A program made the translations under genes and the position numbers. DNA of 63,393 bases, filler included. It is 8 parts of 8 records of this genome, joined end to end, with 100 filler letters (N's around TTAATTAATTAA, not from the genome) between each part and the next. Parts side by side here need not be neighbours in the genome. Positions count along the whole stretch, not along the records: positions 41,944 to 48,174 come from DRR723986_31424; positions 48,275 to 57,054 come from DRR723986_31516; positions 57,155 to 63,393 come from DRR723986_31553; 5 more parts are not named here. One strand, given 5' to 3'. The notes under the pieces are model-generated. The model did no database searches and was not told where the DNA came from. It saw only the letters and a program-made list of their open reading frames with translations. Shown here piece by piece: positions 46,009-57,273 of this stretch. Position 1 is the first letter of the stretch. Each line of letters opens with the position of its first letter.

Positions 46009-46649
46009 GAACCCTCTCCTTCGCGGAAGCCGTTGGTGACGAGCGGCCCCCTGCGCCAGTGTTCGTTAACCTGCACATGGTTCTTTCGCACCCATTTAAC
46101 CACGGAGCGCGAAAAGGCCTCTCGTTTGAACTCCGACGCGAGGCGCAGAACGAAGCCCTCTTGCCGGTCGGTGTCCAGCGCCCGCGCCATGCGGTCGGGC
46201 AGGTCTGGTGTGAACGGGCCGCGGTACAGCTCCGAAACCGGGGTAAGGGACAGCCTGATGCAGTCTGCCCGGGTTTCGTCCCACGACAGGCACGTTTCGC
46301 CAGTCCAGATCGAGAAGACGAGGAAATGTGACGGCAGGTCGTCATAGGCCAAGCTGTGACGGGCGAACAGATTCTCTCCGCAAATGCGGCGGCCGGCCGG
46401 GATGCGATGAGCAATCTGACCGTGAAGCGCTGCAAGCCGCGCCCGAGAGGGATGGAAACCGCTGTCGAGAGACCGTGCGTGAAAGCCGTCGGAGTATAGC
46501 GTCGTGTTCTCGCCATCCATCTTTTCAGTGACAACCACCTCGGCCCCCGCGAAAGCAGAAAGGTCGCGCGCAAGCTTGTCGTCCGAAGTCATGCCGGGCG
46601 AGCCCGGCAGGTGGAAGGTCCGGGGATATTTGAACCGGGCTTCCGTCAT
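46005..46649 (-). CDS. ATP-dependent RNA ligase family protein (stand-alone nucleotidyltransferase domain)
   Basis: KYPRTFHLP; motif I EKMDGEN; ICGEN; EGFVLR; KWVR. ATGA overlap with soeB. Confidence 0.85.
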   Translation of the reverse strand: MTEARFKYPRTFHLPGSPGMTSDDKLARDLSAFAGAEVVVTEKMDGENTTLYSDGFHARSLDSGFHPSRARLAALHGQIAHRIPAGRRICGENLFARHSLAYDDLPSHFLVFSIWTGETCLSWDETRADCIRLSLTPVSELYRGPFTPDLPDRMARALDTDRQEGFVLRLASEFKREAFSRSVVKWVRKNHVQVNEHWRRGPLVTNGFREGEGS

Positions 46650-46673
46650 CGCCGCCATCGGGGCGCGGGAACC

Positions 46674-46766
46674 GCTTTTCTTGCGAGGAGATGCACGGTC
46701 CTCATCGCGGCGGGCCGTGTTTTCCGGGGCTGGCCGGGGAAGTCGGTATTTTTGCCAAGAAGAAGC
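46674..46766. repeat. Short element with imperfect terminal inverted repeats (MITE/REP-like)
   Basis: Ends GCTTTTCTTG... and ...TATTTTTGCCAAGAAGAAGC. Confidence 0.45.
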
Positions 46767-46771
46767 ATGGG

Positions 46772-48174
46772 TCAGGAGCCCTTTGTCCGGGGTCGGCTTT
46801 CCGGCGCGGGCGGGACGGGGCTGGTCTGAGGCGGGATCGCCGCCTCCGGCCCTTGGGCCTTTTCCAGGCGCACGCGCAGGTCGAACCATGCGGCCTGTCC
46901 GGTGACGGGGTCGGAGTTGGACCAGCGCAGCCCGTCGCCCTTGGGTGGCAGGAGTTCGTGGATGATGTGGTTCATGAGGAAGCCCTTGGTGGCCTCGGGG
47001 GCGTCGGGGTCCAGCGCCCATGCCCCGCCGCGCTTGCCGATGGCGTTCCATGTCCAGACCGTTTGCGGGTTCAGCGCCGCCATTTCCAGCACCGGCACGG
47101 TGATCGAGCCATGCGCCGAGGTCAGGCGCGCCCAGTCGCCATCCTTCAGCCCGTGTTCGCGCATCAGCGCCGTGGGCACGTAGAGCGGGTTCTGCCCGTG
47201 GATCTGCCGCAGCCATGCGTTCTGCGAGCCCCAGGAATGGTACATGGCCATGGGGCGTTGGGTCAGGGCGTGCAGGGGGAGGCCCTCTGCCGCCTCGGGA
47301 GCGTACCAGAGCGGCAGCGGGTCATGCGTGTCCCGGATGCGGGCGCGCAGGTGGTATGGGGGCTGCGCGGGTCCGTGCCCCTCGGCGGCGCGCTGGAAGC
47401 GGCGCAGCGGCTCGACGTAGAGTTGGAAGAGATAGGGGGCGGGCTGGTCGGTCAGGCCAAGCTCCACCGCCCAGTCCTGATAGGCCGCGTTCCATGGCTT
47501 GAAATAGGCCGCCTCTTCCGGGACATGGGCCTGAAAGAAGCCGCCGTTGGCGATGTAGCTGTCGAGTTGCGCTTCGTTCGGGCCACCGCGCCCGTGTTGG
47601 AGGCCCGACGGCCCCATGCGCCAGCCTGCCAGCGGGCCGACGCCGGGGCGGCGTTCGTGCCGGGTTATGTAATCGGCGTAGTCGCGGAATTCCGGCGTGC
47701 CATCCTCTGCCGTGAAGCCGGGCAGCCCCAGCCGCGCGCCGAGGTCGCAGAGCACCGACTGAAAGCCGCGCACCTCCCGGTCCGGTTCCACCACCGGCCA
47801 GCGGATTGCGTCCGCCGCCGCATCCGGCTCCGAGATCGGACGGTCGAGCAGCGAGATGCAGTCGTGCCGTTCCAAGTAGGTGGTGTCGGGCAGGACGAGG
47901 TCGGCATAGGCCACCATCTCCGACGAGTAGGCGTCCGAAACGATGACATGCGGGATGACATAGGCGCCGCTTTCGTCGGTATCCGCCAGCATCGCCATCG
48001 TGCCGCGCGTGTTCATCGAGGAATTCCACGCCATGTTCGCCATGTAGAGGAACAGCGTGTCGATGCGGTAGGGATCGCCTGCGTGGGCGTTCGAGATCAC
48101 CATGTGCATCAGACCATGCGCCGACAGCGGGTTCTCCCATGTAAAGGCCTTGTCGATCCGCGCGGGGCTGCCGT
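46772..48174 (-). CDS. soeA: Molybdopterin oxidoreductase catalytic subunit (SoeA-like sulfite dehydrogenase), 5'-partial
   Basis: YMANMAWNSSMN, ADLVLPDTTYLER, MYHSWGSQNAWLRQ, SDPVTGQAAW. Followed by Fe-S and anchor subunit genes. Confidence 0.85.
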
Positions 48175-48274
48175 NNNNNNNNNNNNNNNNNNNNNNNNNN
48201 NNNNNNNNNNNNNNNNNNTTAATTAATTAANNNNNNNNNNNNNNNNNNNNNNNNNNNNNNNNNNNNNNNNNNNN

Positions 48275-48302
48275 GGAGGTTCGAATCCTCTCACTCCGAC
48301 CA
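48275..48302 (+). tRNA. 3' end of a tRNA, probably tRNA-Pro (or its att duplicate)
   Basis: GGAGGTTCGAATCCTCTCACTCCGACCA gives T-arm, acceptor strand and CCA. The anticodon lies outside the contig. Confidence 0.8.
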
Positions 48303-48746
48303 TTTTCTTCCTTTCAATTTGAACGCCTCGCGACCTGCAACGCCTGCGGACCAGTTTTCGCCCGCAGCGATTGGTACGCCTGCGTCGACGTTTTCTTCCC
48401 TAGGCCACAGTCTCGGCTAACCGAATTGGCACTTGCGATGCCCGTTGCCTTCCTTGCTGTAGCTGTGCGTTTCAGACCTGTTTTTGCAACCTGCTGCCGT
48501 TGTGGCCCGTCTCTCGAGACCGGCCTTTACATTCGTCCCCGATAAAAAGCGTGGTTTGATCAGGCTGCGCGCCACTTGCTTGCCGGCCTGGAAGATACTG
48601 GCAAGTGCTCGTTTTGATTGAGAGTTTTGTGAAATAAAACTGAAATTAAATCGATTGCTAAACAAAAATATTCAACCATATGAGGCAATTTTCCCGCAAA
48701 AATTGCTTGCAACCTGTAGCTTAAACCCTTAGGGCAGCATTAACAA

Positions 48747-48774
48747 AAAAGACAATGCGGGAAAAGACAATGCG
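48747..48774 (+). promoter_or_regulatory. 13-bp direct repeat, possible operator
   Basis: AAAAGACAATGCG x2 with period 15, in the AT-rich region upstream of ialB. Confidence 0.4.
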
Positions 48775-48943
48775 TAACAGTTTCGCTGTTTTTTGAACAA
48801 CTTGCCGGTTCTGAATTTGAAGGGCCGGCGACGATAGCTGCCTTTTTACGATCCTGATCGTTGGCCTGCCGGCTCTCCCGGCAGAACGCCTCTGCACGCC
48901 CTGCGTGCTGTCCGTCAAAAAACAGATACTCCAGGCACAGACA

Positions 48944-49522
48944 ATGTTTTTCCAATTTTTCGTACCGCCGAATTTCGTCTCCGGTCACCGCCACAAGTTC
49001 TGGAAACCGGTACTGGTGGCGGCAGGTCTGCTGGCTGTGTGCACGCAAGCCTCCGCCCAATCGGAACAGCCGGACCAGAAGACCCTCACTGAACGGTTCA
49101 AGGCTTGGACGGTGACGTGCGTGGAGGCCGAAACACGCACCTGCCGGATGACGCAGGAGCTGGTGCAGCAAAAGACCGGGCAGCGCCTGTCCGCCTTGTT
49201 GGTCGAGGAACGGGCCGGGGAGGGGCCGGTGCTGACGGTTCTGGCGCCCTTTGGCCTGGCCTTCTCGCAAGGGCTCACACTTGCTGTGGATGACGTTGAC
49301 TTGCCGAAGGCGCAGTTCCTGACCTGCCTTCCCTCAGGCTGCGTGGTGCCGGTGCCGTTGGATGAAGCTACCCTTGAAAAACTCCGGACTGGCAATCGGC
49401 TTACCGCAGTCGGTGTCACCGCCACCAACGACAAGCACGTCCGCATCGAGTTTTCGCTGCAGGGGTCCGCTGCCGCATTGGCCCGGTTGAAGGACCTTTC
49501 CGCGGGCAAGACGACCGACTGA
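48944..49522 (+). CDS. ialB: Invasion associated locus B family protein
   Basis: FKAWTVTC, CRMTQ, PFGL, TCLPSGC, FSLQG. Start uncertain. Confidence 0.85.
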   Translation: MFFQFFVPPNFVSGHRHKFWKPVLVAAGLLAVCTQASAQSEQPDQKTLTERFKAWTVTCVEAETRTCRMTQELVQQKTGQRLSALLVEERAGEGPVLTVLAPFGLAFSQGLTLAVDDVDLPKAQFLTCLPSGCVVPVPLDEATLEKLRTGNRLTAVGVTATNDKHVRIEFSLQGSAAALARLKDLSAGKTTD

Positions 49523-49526
49523 CACC

Positions 49527-51266
49527 ATGCGAGCACTTGCGCGTTTCCTGGCTCCGCTTGCAGGGGCACTGCTGTTTGCACTGCCCGGGGCGGCTCAAAC
49601 GCCTGCGGGGATCGAGGACGTGCTGCGCCAGCAGCAGCAGATCATCGAGCGCGAGGAACAGCAGCGCCGGTTGGAGCGTGACCGTTTTCTGGGCGGAACG
49701 ACGGAACCATCCCAGCGTTCGCCGGATCTGCTGCCGCAGGCAACCGGCGGCGAGGGACCATGTGTTGACGTCGACAGGATCCGGTTCGAAGGCGCAAAGC
49801 GCGTTCCGGCAAACCAACTGGAGTTGCTGGTCGGCAACCGTCAGGGCGCCTGCCTGACGCTGACCGACATCCAGAACGTGCTCAGAACGGCGACCAATTA
49901 TTACGTCGAGAAGGGCTTCGTCACCTCGCGCGCCTATCTGGTGCCGCAGGATCTCGGTTCCGGAGAATTGCGTGTCCTCATCGTCGAGGGCTCGGTGTCC
50001 GAGGTTCGCCTTCAGGAAAACGGCAAGGCACGACGAGGGGCAACGCAGCTTTTCGGCGAGCGATCCGGCCGGATCATGAATATCCGCGATTTCGAGCAGG
50101 GGCTGGAGCAGATCAACCGGCTGGGGTCGAAGGAAGCCGTCATCCGCATCGAGCCGGGCGCGGGCGTTGGCCAGAGCATCGTCACCATCGAGGTGAAAGA
50201 TGCCTACGCGGTGCAACTGTCCGCATCGCTGGACAATGGCGGGGCCACCAGCACCGGCCGACATCAGTGGAACGGCATCGCCGGCTTTGAGGACGTGCTC
50301 GGGTTGAACGAGCTGTTGACGATCTCTGCCCGCAGCTCGCTCGACAGGCTGGACGAGCGTATCTATTCGCGCTCGATCAACGCCTATCTGTCCGTTCCCT
50401 GGCGGTATTGGACCGTCAACATCAGCGGGTCCTATCTGGACTATCTGTCCCGCCTGGAAAGCCCGTCGGGCGACTATTCCTATGACGGCACAAGCTGGGA
50501 AGGCCGGGGGGAGCTCGACCGAGTGATCCACCGCACAGGGCGCTTTGTCTGGCGTGCCGGCGGCGCGTTCTCGCTGAAGGAAGCCAACAACTTCATCGAA
50601 GAGATCTTCATCGACGCCTCCAGCCAGCGGTTGGCCGTTCTGGAAGCGTCCACGAAGATCAGCGGCCGGATTGCCGGTGGGTTCGGACAGGCCAGTATCG
50701 CCTTCAAGCAGGGGCTGGAGGGCTTTGCCGCCCAGAAGGACAGTCACCAGCTGGATGGCACGCCGGCGGCCCAGTTCAGCCAGGTGACGCTGTCGGGGTT
50801 CTACCAGCGGGCCTGGCAGAACCCGGTCGGCCAGCTTTCCTTCCAGGCCAGCACCTATGGCGCTTTTTCGCCCGACACGCTGTTTGCCTCCGAAAGGGTA
50901 ACCATCGGCGGGCCGTTGTCCGTTCGCGGGTTCCGCGATGTCAGCCTGTCGGGGGATGCCGGTGGCTACAGCCAGCTCGAGCTTGGCTTCACCCCCGCAT
51001 TCGCCAGCAAAGCTCCGGACAACCTGAAACGGCTATTCGGTCTGCCGCAGGTGTTTGCCGGTCTGGATGCCGGCGGCGTCCTGGAAGATGCCGACGATCC
51101 GCTGGAAGGCGGAGAGCTGATGGGCGGTGCGGTCGGCCTGCGGCTGAGCGGCGGCATCGTCACCGGCGAAGTGGCTTATGAGCGGGCTCTGGCCCATCCG
51201 ACATTTCTGGATCCGGCGGAAAACGGCTTCTTGCGTTTCCGACTGGGCATTTCTCAAACGTTTTAG
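49527..51266 (+). CDS. Two-partner secretion transporter TpsB (ShlB/FhaC/CdiB family)
   Basis: POTRA YVEKGFVTSRA, EQGLEQINRL, LDNGG, SVRGF, terminal Phe. Confidence 0.93.
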   Translation: MRALARFLAPLAGALLFALPGAAQTPAGIEDVLRQQQQIIEREEQQRRLERDRFLGGTTEPSQRSPDLLPQATGGEGPCVDVDRIRFEGAKRVPANQLELLVGNRQGACLTLTDIQNVLRTATNYYVEKGFVTSRAYLVPQDLGSGELRVLIVEGSVSEVRLQENGKARRGATQLFGERSGRIMNIRDFEQGLEQINRLGSKEAVIRIEPGAGVGQSIVTIEVKDAYAVQLSASLDNGGATSTGRHQWNGIAGFEDVLGLNELLTISARSSLDRLDERIYSRSINAYLSVPWRYWTVNISGSYLDYLSRLESPSGDYSYDGTSWEGRGELDRVIHRTGRFVWRAGGAFSLKEANNFIEEIFIDASSQRLAVLEASTKISGRIAGGFGQASIAFKQGLEGFAAQKDSHQLDGTPAAQFSQVTLSGFYQRAWQNPVGQLSFQASTYGAFSPDTLFASERVTIGGPLSVRGFRDVSLSGDAGGYSQLELGFTPAFASKAPDNLKRLFGLPQVFAGLDAGGVLEDADDPLEGGELMGGAVGLRLSGGIVTGEVAYERALAHPTFLDPAENGFLRFRLGISQTF

Positions 51267-51278
51267 GCGGATCGGCTT

Positions 51279-54200
51279 ATGATCAAGTCCGTTTTAAATG
51301 GTTTCTTCTCTACCGTCTTCCTGGTCCAGACCTCCCTGCCGGTCTTTGCCGGCGGGTTGACGCCGGATGGCGCTGCTGCGCCCGGCAACCGGCCGGAGAT
51401 CATCGCGGCGCCAAACGGCGTGCCGGTCCAGAACATCGTCACCCCCAATGCGCAGGGCCTGTCCCACAACAAGTTCACCGATTTCAATGTCGGCAAGAAC
51501 GGCCTGATCCTCAACAATTCCAAGGGTGTCGGCCAAAGCAACCTGGGCGGCTACATTGTCGGCAACCCCAATCTTCAAGGCTCCGGGCCGGCATCGGTGA
51601 TCCTGAACGAAGTCACTTCGTCCAACCGGTCTTTGTTGCAGGGCGCGACGGAGCTGCACGGCGGGCAGGCGGACTACATCCTCGCCAACCCCAACGGCAT
51701 CACCTGTAATGGCTGCGGCTTCATCAACATTCCGCGGGCAACGCTGACGACCGGCGTACCGCAGGTAGATGCCGGAACGCTGAAGGGCTTCTCTGTCGAC
51801 CGGGGCACCGTCACCATCGGTGCGGATGGCGTCGCGGCGGAAAGCGTCGACTATTTCGACATCGTCTCGCGCGCGGTCGAAATCAACGGCAAGATCCACG
51901 CTGGCGAGAACCTCGGCGTCTTTGCCGGACGCAACGACTACGACTATGCCAACCGCTCGGTTGCGGCCAAGGCCGGGTCGGCAGCGGACAAGCCGGAATT
52001 TGCCATCGATTCCTCCGCGCTTGGCGGCATGTATGCCGGCCGCATCAAGCTGATCGGCACGGAAAGCGGCGTCGGTGTGCGTGCTCCGGAAAGCGCGACC
52101 GCAGCCACCGGCGATTTTCAGATAACCGCCGACGGCAAGCTGGTGCTTGGCGGCACGGTGTCCGCCCGCAAGACCTTGCGCGCCCAATCCGTCAACGGTT
52201 CGGTGGAGGTTCAGCAAAATGCGTCCCTCTATGGCCAGGAAACGCTGATCCTGAAGGCCGGCGGCGATATCATGGTTGCCAAGGAAGCAACCCTTGGTGC
52301 CGGCAACCAGGTGGATCTGGAAGCGGCAGGCGTCGATTTTGACGAGGCGCAGCTCCTGGCGGGCATGGCGCCCGGCGGCACGCTGGCTGCAGGGGTCGGT
52401 TCCATCAAGGTGGCAACGACGGGCCTGGCCGATTTTTCCGCCGCCAGCCACATTCAGGCGGGCGAGGCCATCACCTTCAACGTCGGCGCGCTTCAGCAAT
52501 CCGGAACCGTTGCCGCCGACACCTACACGGTGCGGGCATCAAACGACGTGGTCCTTGGCAGCGCGTCGGTCGCCAGTGCAATCGATGTCGCCTCCAGCCT
52601 TGGCGACGTCACGGTGGCCTCCGGCTCCGTGCTTTATTCCGGCGGAGACCTCGCCCTTTCGGCAGCCGGCCGTTTGACCGTGGCAACGGCGGGCGAGGTC
52701 AACGCGCGCGACCATGTCGCGCTGACAGCACCGGTGATCGACATTTCCGGCGGCAAGGTTTTTGCCGGTGTCACCGGCGAAGGCGCCGCGATAACGGACG
52801 CGGGCACGTTGACGCTGACTGCATCCGGTTCGCTCAACGCGGCCGCCGGGTCTCGCCTCCAGTCCGGCGACCTGACACGGATCACCGCCGGCACCTGGAA
52901 CCAGCTCGGCGCGCTGGAGGTCGGCTCGTTGGCGCTTGATCTTGGCGGGCTCTCCCTCAGCGGTTCCGGGGCGACGGTCGCGGCGCGGGATATCTCCGGC
53001 AGCATTACCGGCACTGCAACGCTTGCCGCTGCCGCCCCGGGGCTGACCGCCACCAACACGCTGGACCTCAGCGTCAACGATCTGACCGTTGCCGGGTTGC
53101 TGCGCGTGAATGGAACCGGCCAGCTGACCATTGGCGGCACGCTGTCGGTGACCGGCAAACTGGAAGCGACCGGCGGGCTGACGGTCAACGGCGGAACCAC
53201 CAGTGTTGCCTCCGGCGCTTACATCATTGCCAATGATGCTGCCCTGTTCGATGGACTGGACAGCTTCACCAACCGGGGCGGCGTTCACGCCGGCAACGGC
53301 CTGACCATCCGCTCAGTCAACCTGGACAACCATGGCGGCGTGCTTGTTGCCGAAAACGGCCTGACGCTGGAAGGCCGCACGGCCGGCACCAAGGCGGCCG
53401 GCATCATCAACCGCAAGGGCGGGATCATCGAGGCACGGTCCGGAACGCTGACGATCCGGGCTGAAAGCCTGAAGAACGTCACCGGTGCCACTTTCGACAC
53501 CAAGACGACCGCATATGCCAATGAAGTCGTCGCAGGGGCCTATCCTCCCGACTGGCTGAAGGGCGGGTTCTCCAAATACTGGGCGGCCGGCGGCATCGGC
53601 GACTGGGACCAGTTCTGGGACACTGGCGGCGGGCCCGGCGGCTATGTTTTCGTGCCGCACCCGGAAAAGATCGATGAGATCCTCACGGCCAAAAATGCCA
53701 CGGCAGCGGACTGGGACCAGAACTGGTGGAAGGACTACGCCCCGACATCCATTTCCGAGTTCGACCCGGACAACGGCACCTATGACGACTGGCTGATGCT
53801 CGCCCCCGACGAGGACGGCGCAGCAGGTTCGGGCGATGTGGTGACCATCTTCGTGACCGAAGACACCTATGAGCTGGTCGACCCGGTCGCGCGCATCGCG
53901 GCGCTGAACGGCAACATGGTGCTGGATGTCGGCACGCTGGAAAACGAATACAGCGACATCGTCGCCTCCGGCGACATGCGCATCGACGGCACCAGTATCG
54001 TCAACGGCGGCAAGACCCTGACGCGGGTCATCACCATCCACCAGAGCTGGTCGAGCTACGAAACCCGCACGCTGGGTTTTGCCCCCTCGCACAAGTTTCT
54101 GGACAACGGGGTGCAAAGCAAGACGCTGAGCGCCGAAACGATCGATGCCATTCCCGCGACCATCCACGCCGGCGGATCGCTGATCGGCAACCTGACAGGC

Positions 54201-57054
54201 ACGCTCACCAACGAAGCCGGCGAGCCTTCCACCCCGGAGGACCTGCAAAAGTCCACGCAGGACACGTCCATCGTACAGCTCAACGCCAGTTCCCAGGCCC
54301 CGGCCTTCGACCCTGCGTCCTACAAGTTCAACGGCCAGCTTTTCAGCCGTGCTCCGGAAAGCAGCCCGTTCCTTTACGAAACCCGCTTCGCATTCGTCGA
54401 CATCGGCGCATTCTTCGGGTCGCAGTATTTCCTGGATACGGTCGGCATTCCCGACATCGACAAGCACATCCGCTCGCTCGGCGATGCCTATTTCGAAAGC
54501 CAGTATGTGGCAGAGCAGGTGCGCAGGGCGACGGGCCGCCGCTGGCTGTCCGCCGACCAGACCTCCGATGCCCTGCAGATGAAGACGCTGATCGACAACG
54601 CGGGCGCACAGGCCGAGGCGCTGGACCTGGCGTTCGGCGTGTCCTTGAGCGAGGAGCAGATCGCACTCCTGACCAGCGACATCGTCTGGTACGAACGCGC
54701 GGTGGTGGATGGCGTCGAGGTGATCGCGCCCCGTCTCTACCTTGCCTCGACAACGGACCTCAACAAGACCGGCGCGGTCATCGCCGGGCGCAACACGACG
54801 CTGGAGGCAGCGGAAATCAGGAACGTTCGTGGCACGATCAAGGCCGACGAAACCCTGGTCGCCAGCGCCGCCGGCACCCTGCTCAACAGGTCCGGCACGA
54901 TCAGCGGCAAGGATGTGACCCTGTCCGGCGAGACTGTCTCGATCGAAACCGCAACCCGGGCGACCGGCAACGGCACCACGGCCATCGGCACCTGGGCCTA
55001 TGAGCGCGGCACGGTGACGGTGGAAGACACGCTGACCATCCGCAGCGATAGCGACACCCGCATCACCGGGGCAGATCTTGCCAGCGGCGGCAGCCTGGAA
55101 ATCGACGCCGGCCGGGACCTGGTGGTGACCGCCATCGAGCTCGACAGCCATTTCGAGGCCAGTGGCCAGGCGGGCAGCAACCGCTACGATGTGCGCGAAA
55201 GCCAAACCCGTGTGTCCGGCTCCACCATCCAGGCGGCCGAGTCGGCTAACCTCAAGGCCGGGCGCAACATCGCCGTGGAAGGCTCGCTGATTGCCAGCGA
55301 CGGCACGGCCAGCCTGACAGCCGGTGAAAACGTCACCATCGGCACGGCGGAGGAAAGCCGGGAAGACCGGTCCGCGCGCAACAAAAGCGGCTTCCTGACC
55401 TCAAGTTCCAGGAAACGCGACAGCAGCAGCACCACGCAGGTCGGCTCCATGGTGACCGCGCTCGGCGATCTGGAGATCTCGGCCGGTGCAGGGGATGTGG
55501 TGGTCAAGGGTTCCGCCGTATCCTCCGAAAGCGACGTCGCCCTTTCGGCCGGGCGCGATGTGCGCCTGGAAGCCGCCCAAAACACCTCCGAAGACAGCCG
55601 GGTCGACAAGAAAAGCGGCTTCTTTGCAGAAACCGGTAACATGGGCGTGGTCGCCGGCTACAAGTCCGAACGGCATACCTCCGACACCAGCTCGTTGACC
55701 CAGGTCACCTCGGCGGTGTCCGGCCGGAACGTTTCCATTGATGCCGGGCGCGATGTGGTCTCCGAAGCTGCCTCCGTCGCCGCCGACGAAGACCTTGGCA
55801 TAACCGCCGGGCGCGACATCGTCCTGGACAGCGTTCACGATCTTTATGCCCATTCGGAAAGCCACAAGATCGACACCTTCGCGCTGTCGGTCGGCGCCTT
55901 CGAAAACATCTCCGGACCGGTGAAGTCGCTGGCGGATGCCCCGCGCATGGCAGCCTCGGGCAAGGGCAATCTCGGCTATCAGGCGCTTTCCGCGGTCTCC
56001 GCCGGGCTGAAGGCGGTCGACGCGCTCAACCAGCTCAACGCCATCCGCCAGGGCGGCACCATTGCCGGGGTGCGCATCGGCATCGGCATCTCCCGCGAGG
56101 AAAGCAGCTCGTCGGAGGTTAGCGCCATCGCCCGCACCGCCACGCTGTCGGCGGGCAACGACATGTCCCTGGAAGCGGGACGCGACATCACCGCCAAGGG
56201 CGCCCGGATCGACGCCGGCAACGATATTGCCATGGCGGCGGGACGGGATGTCATCCTGGAATCGGCGCAAAACCATCTCGCCTATGAGGGCGAAAGCTCC
56301 AGCATGTCCGCGGGCATCGGGCTGACGCTTGGTGTCGGCGCCAGTGGCAAGAATAGCGCCCCCGGCGCCAGCCTCAGCCTGGGGCTGGATGTCTCCGGCC
56401 AGCAGAGTTCCTACAGCCAGTCGCAGACCTATCACACCAATACCGATGTGACGGCGGGCGGCAACGTGTCGGTCGCAACTGGCCGGGACCTTGCCCTGAA
56501 GGGCGCGCGGATCGAAGCCGACAGTGCCGATCTCGACATCGGCCGCAACCTCACCATCGAAAGCCGGCTGGACACGGCCGAAGGCTCCAACCAGAGCAGC
56601 GGCTACAGCGCCGGGGTTTCCGTTGGCATCGGGCTGGGGGCAGACGGCGCCGGGCCCACCTTCGGCGCCTCTGCCAGCGTCAACGGGGCCAAGGGCTCCA
56701 ACAGCTCGGCCTGGGTGAACGCCCCCTCCGGCATCGTCACAGACAACGCGCTCAATGCCGATGTCGGCGAAACGACCTCCATCACCGGTGGGGTGATCGC
56801 CTCGCGTTCCGGCGACCTGACCCTTGAAACCGAGCGTCTGGAAACGGCGGATATCGACCTTCACCGCAAGGGCCGGCAGGTTTCCGGTTCGGTCGGCGTC
56901 AGCATAGGCTCCAATCCGGAAGGCAAGTCCAAACCGGGCATCACGGTGGAAGGGGCCTATTCCAACTCCGAAACCGAGGGCTTTGCCCGCGCCACCATTG
57001 GCGAGGGCGAAATCATCGTGCGCGACGGCGATGGCGACGGCATCAAGGCCGCCG
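51279..57054 (+). CDS. Filamentous haemagglutinin / CdiA-like TpsA, 3'-partial
   Basis: TPS domain NPNL and NPNGI; FHA repeats; LGDAYFE...LTSDIVW...PRLYL block; AGRD repeats. Open to the contig end. Confidence 0.92.
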
Positions 57055-57273
57055 NNNNNNNNNNNNNNNNNNNNNNNNNNNNNNNNNNNNNNNNNNNNTT
57101 AATTAATTAANNNNNNNNNNNNNNNNNNNNNNNNNNNNNNNNNNNNNNNNNNNNTACTTTTTTATGCAATGAAAAAAAGTAAGACCATATGCTAAAATTC
57201 ATGCAGAAGTTTTGTCATATCTTACTGTGTCTTGACTACCACTGGTTGTCTAAATACTTCATCAATTTAGTCC

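Noticed and set aside
43458-56864. Long alternative-frame and antisense ORFs (e.g. 43458-44894, 46691-48226, 49416-50747, 53313-55205, and the 5' extensions of 44864-46573 and 46005-47216)
   Set aside because: They are shadows of real genes in high-GC DNA, with no family motifs.
5018-57154. Seven recurring TTAATTAATTAA motifs, and any cross-contig system (e.g. RT + primase + RNA ligase)
   Set aside because: These are artificial linkers. The contigs differ in composition and apparent taxon, so co-occurrence in the window carries no biological meaning.
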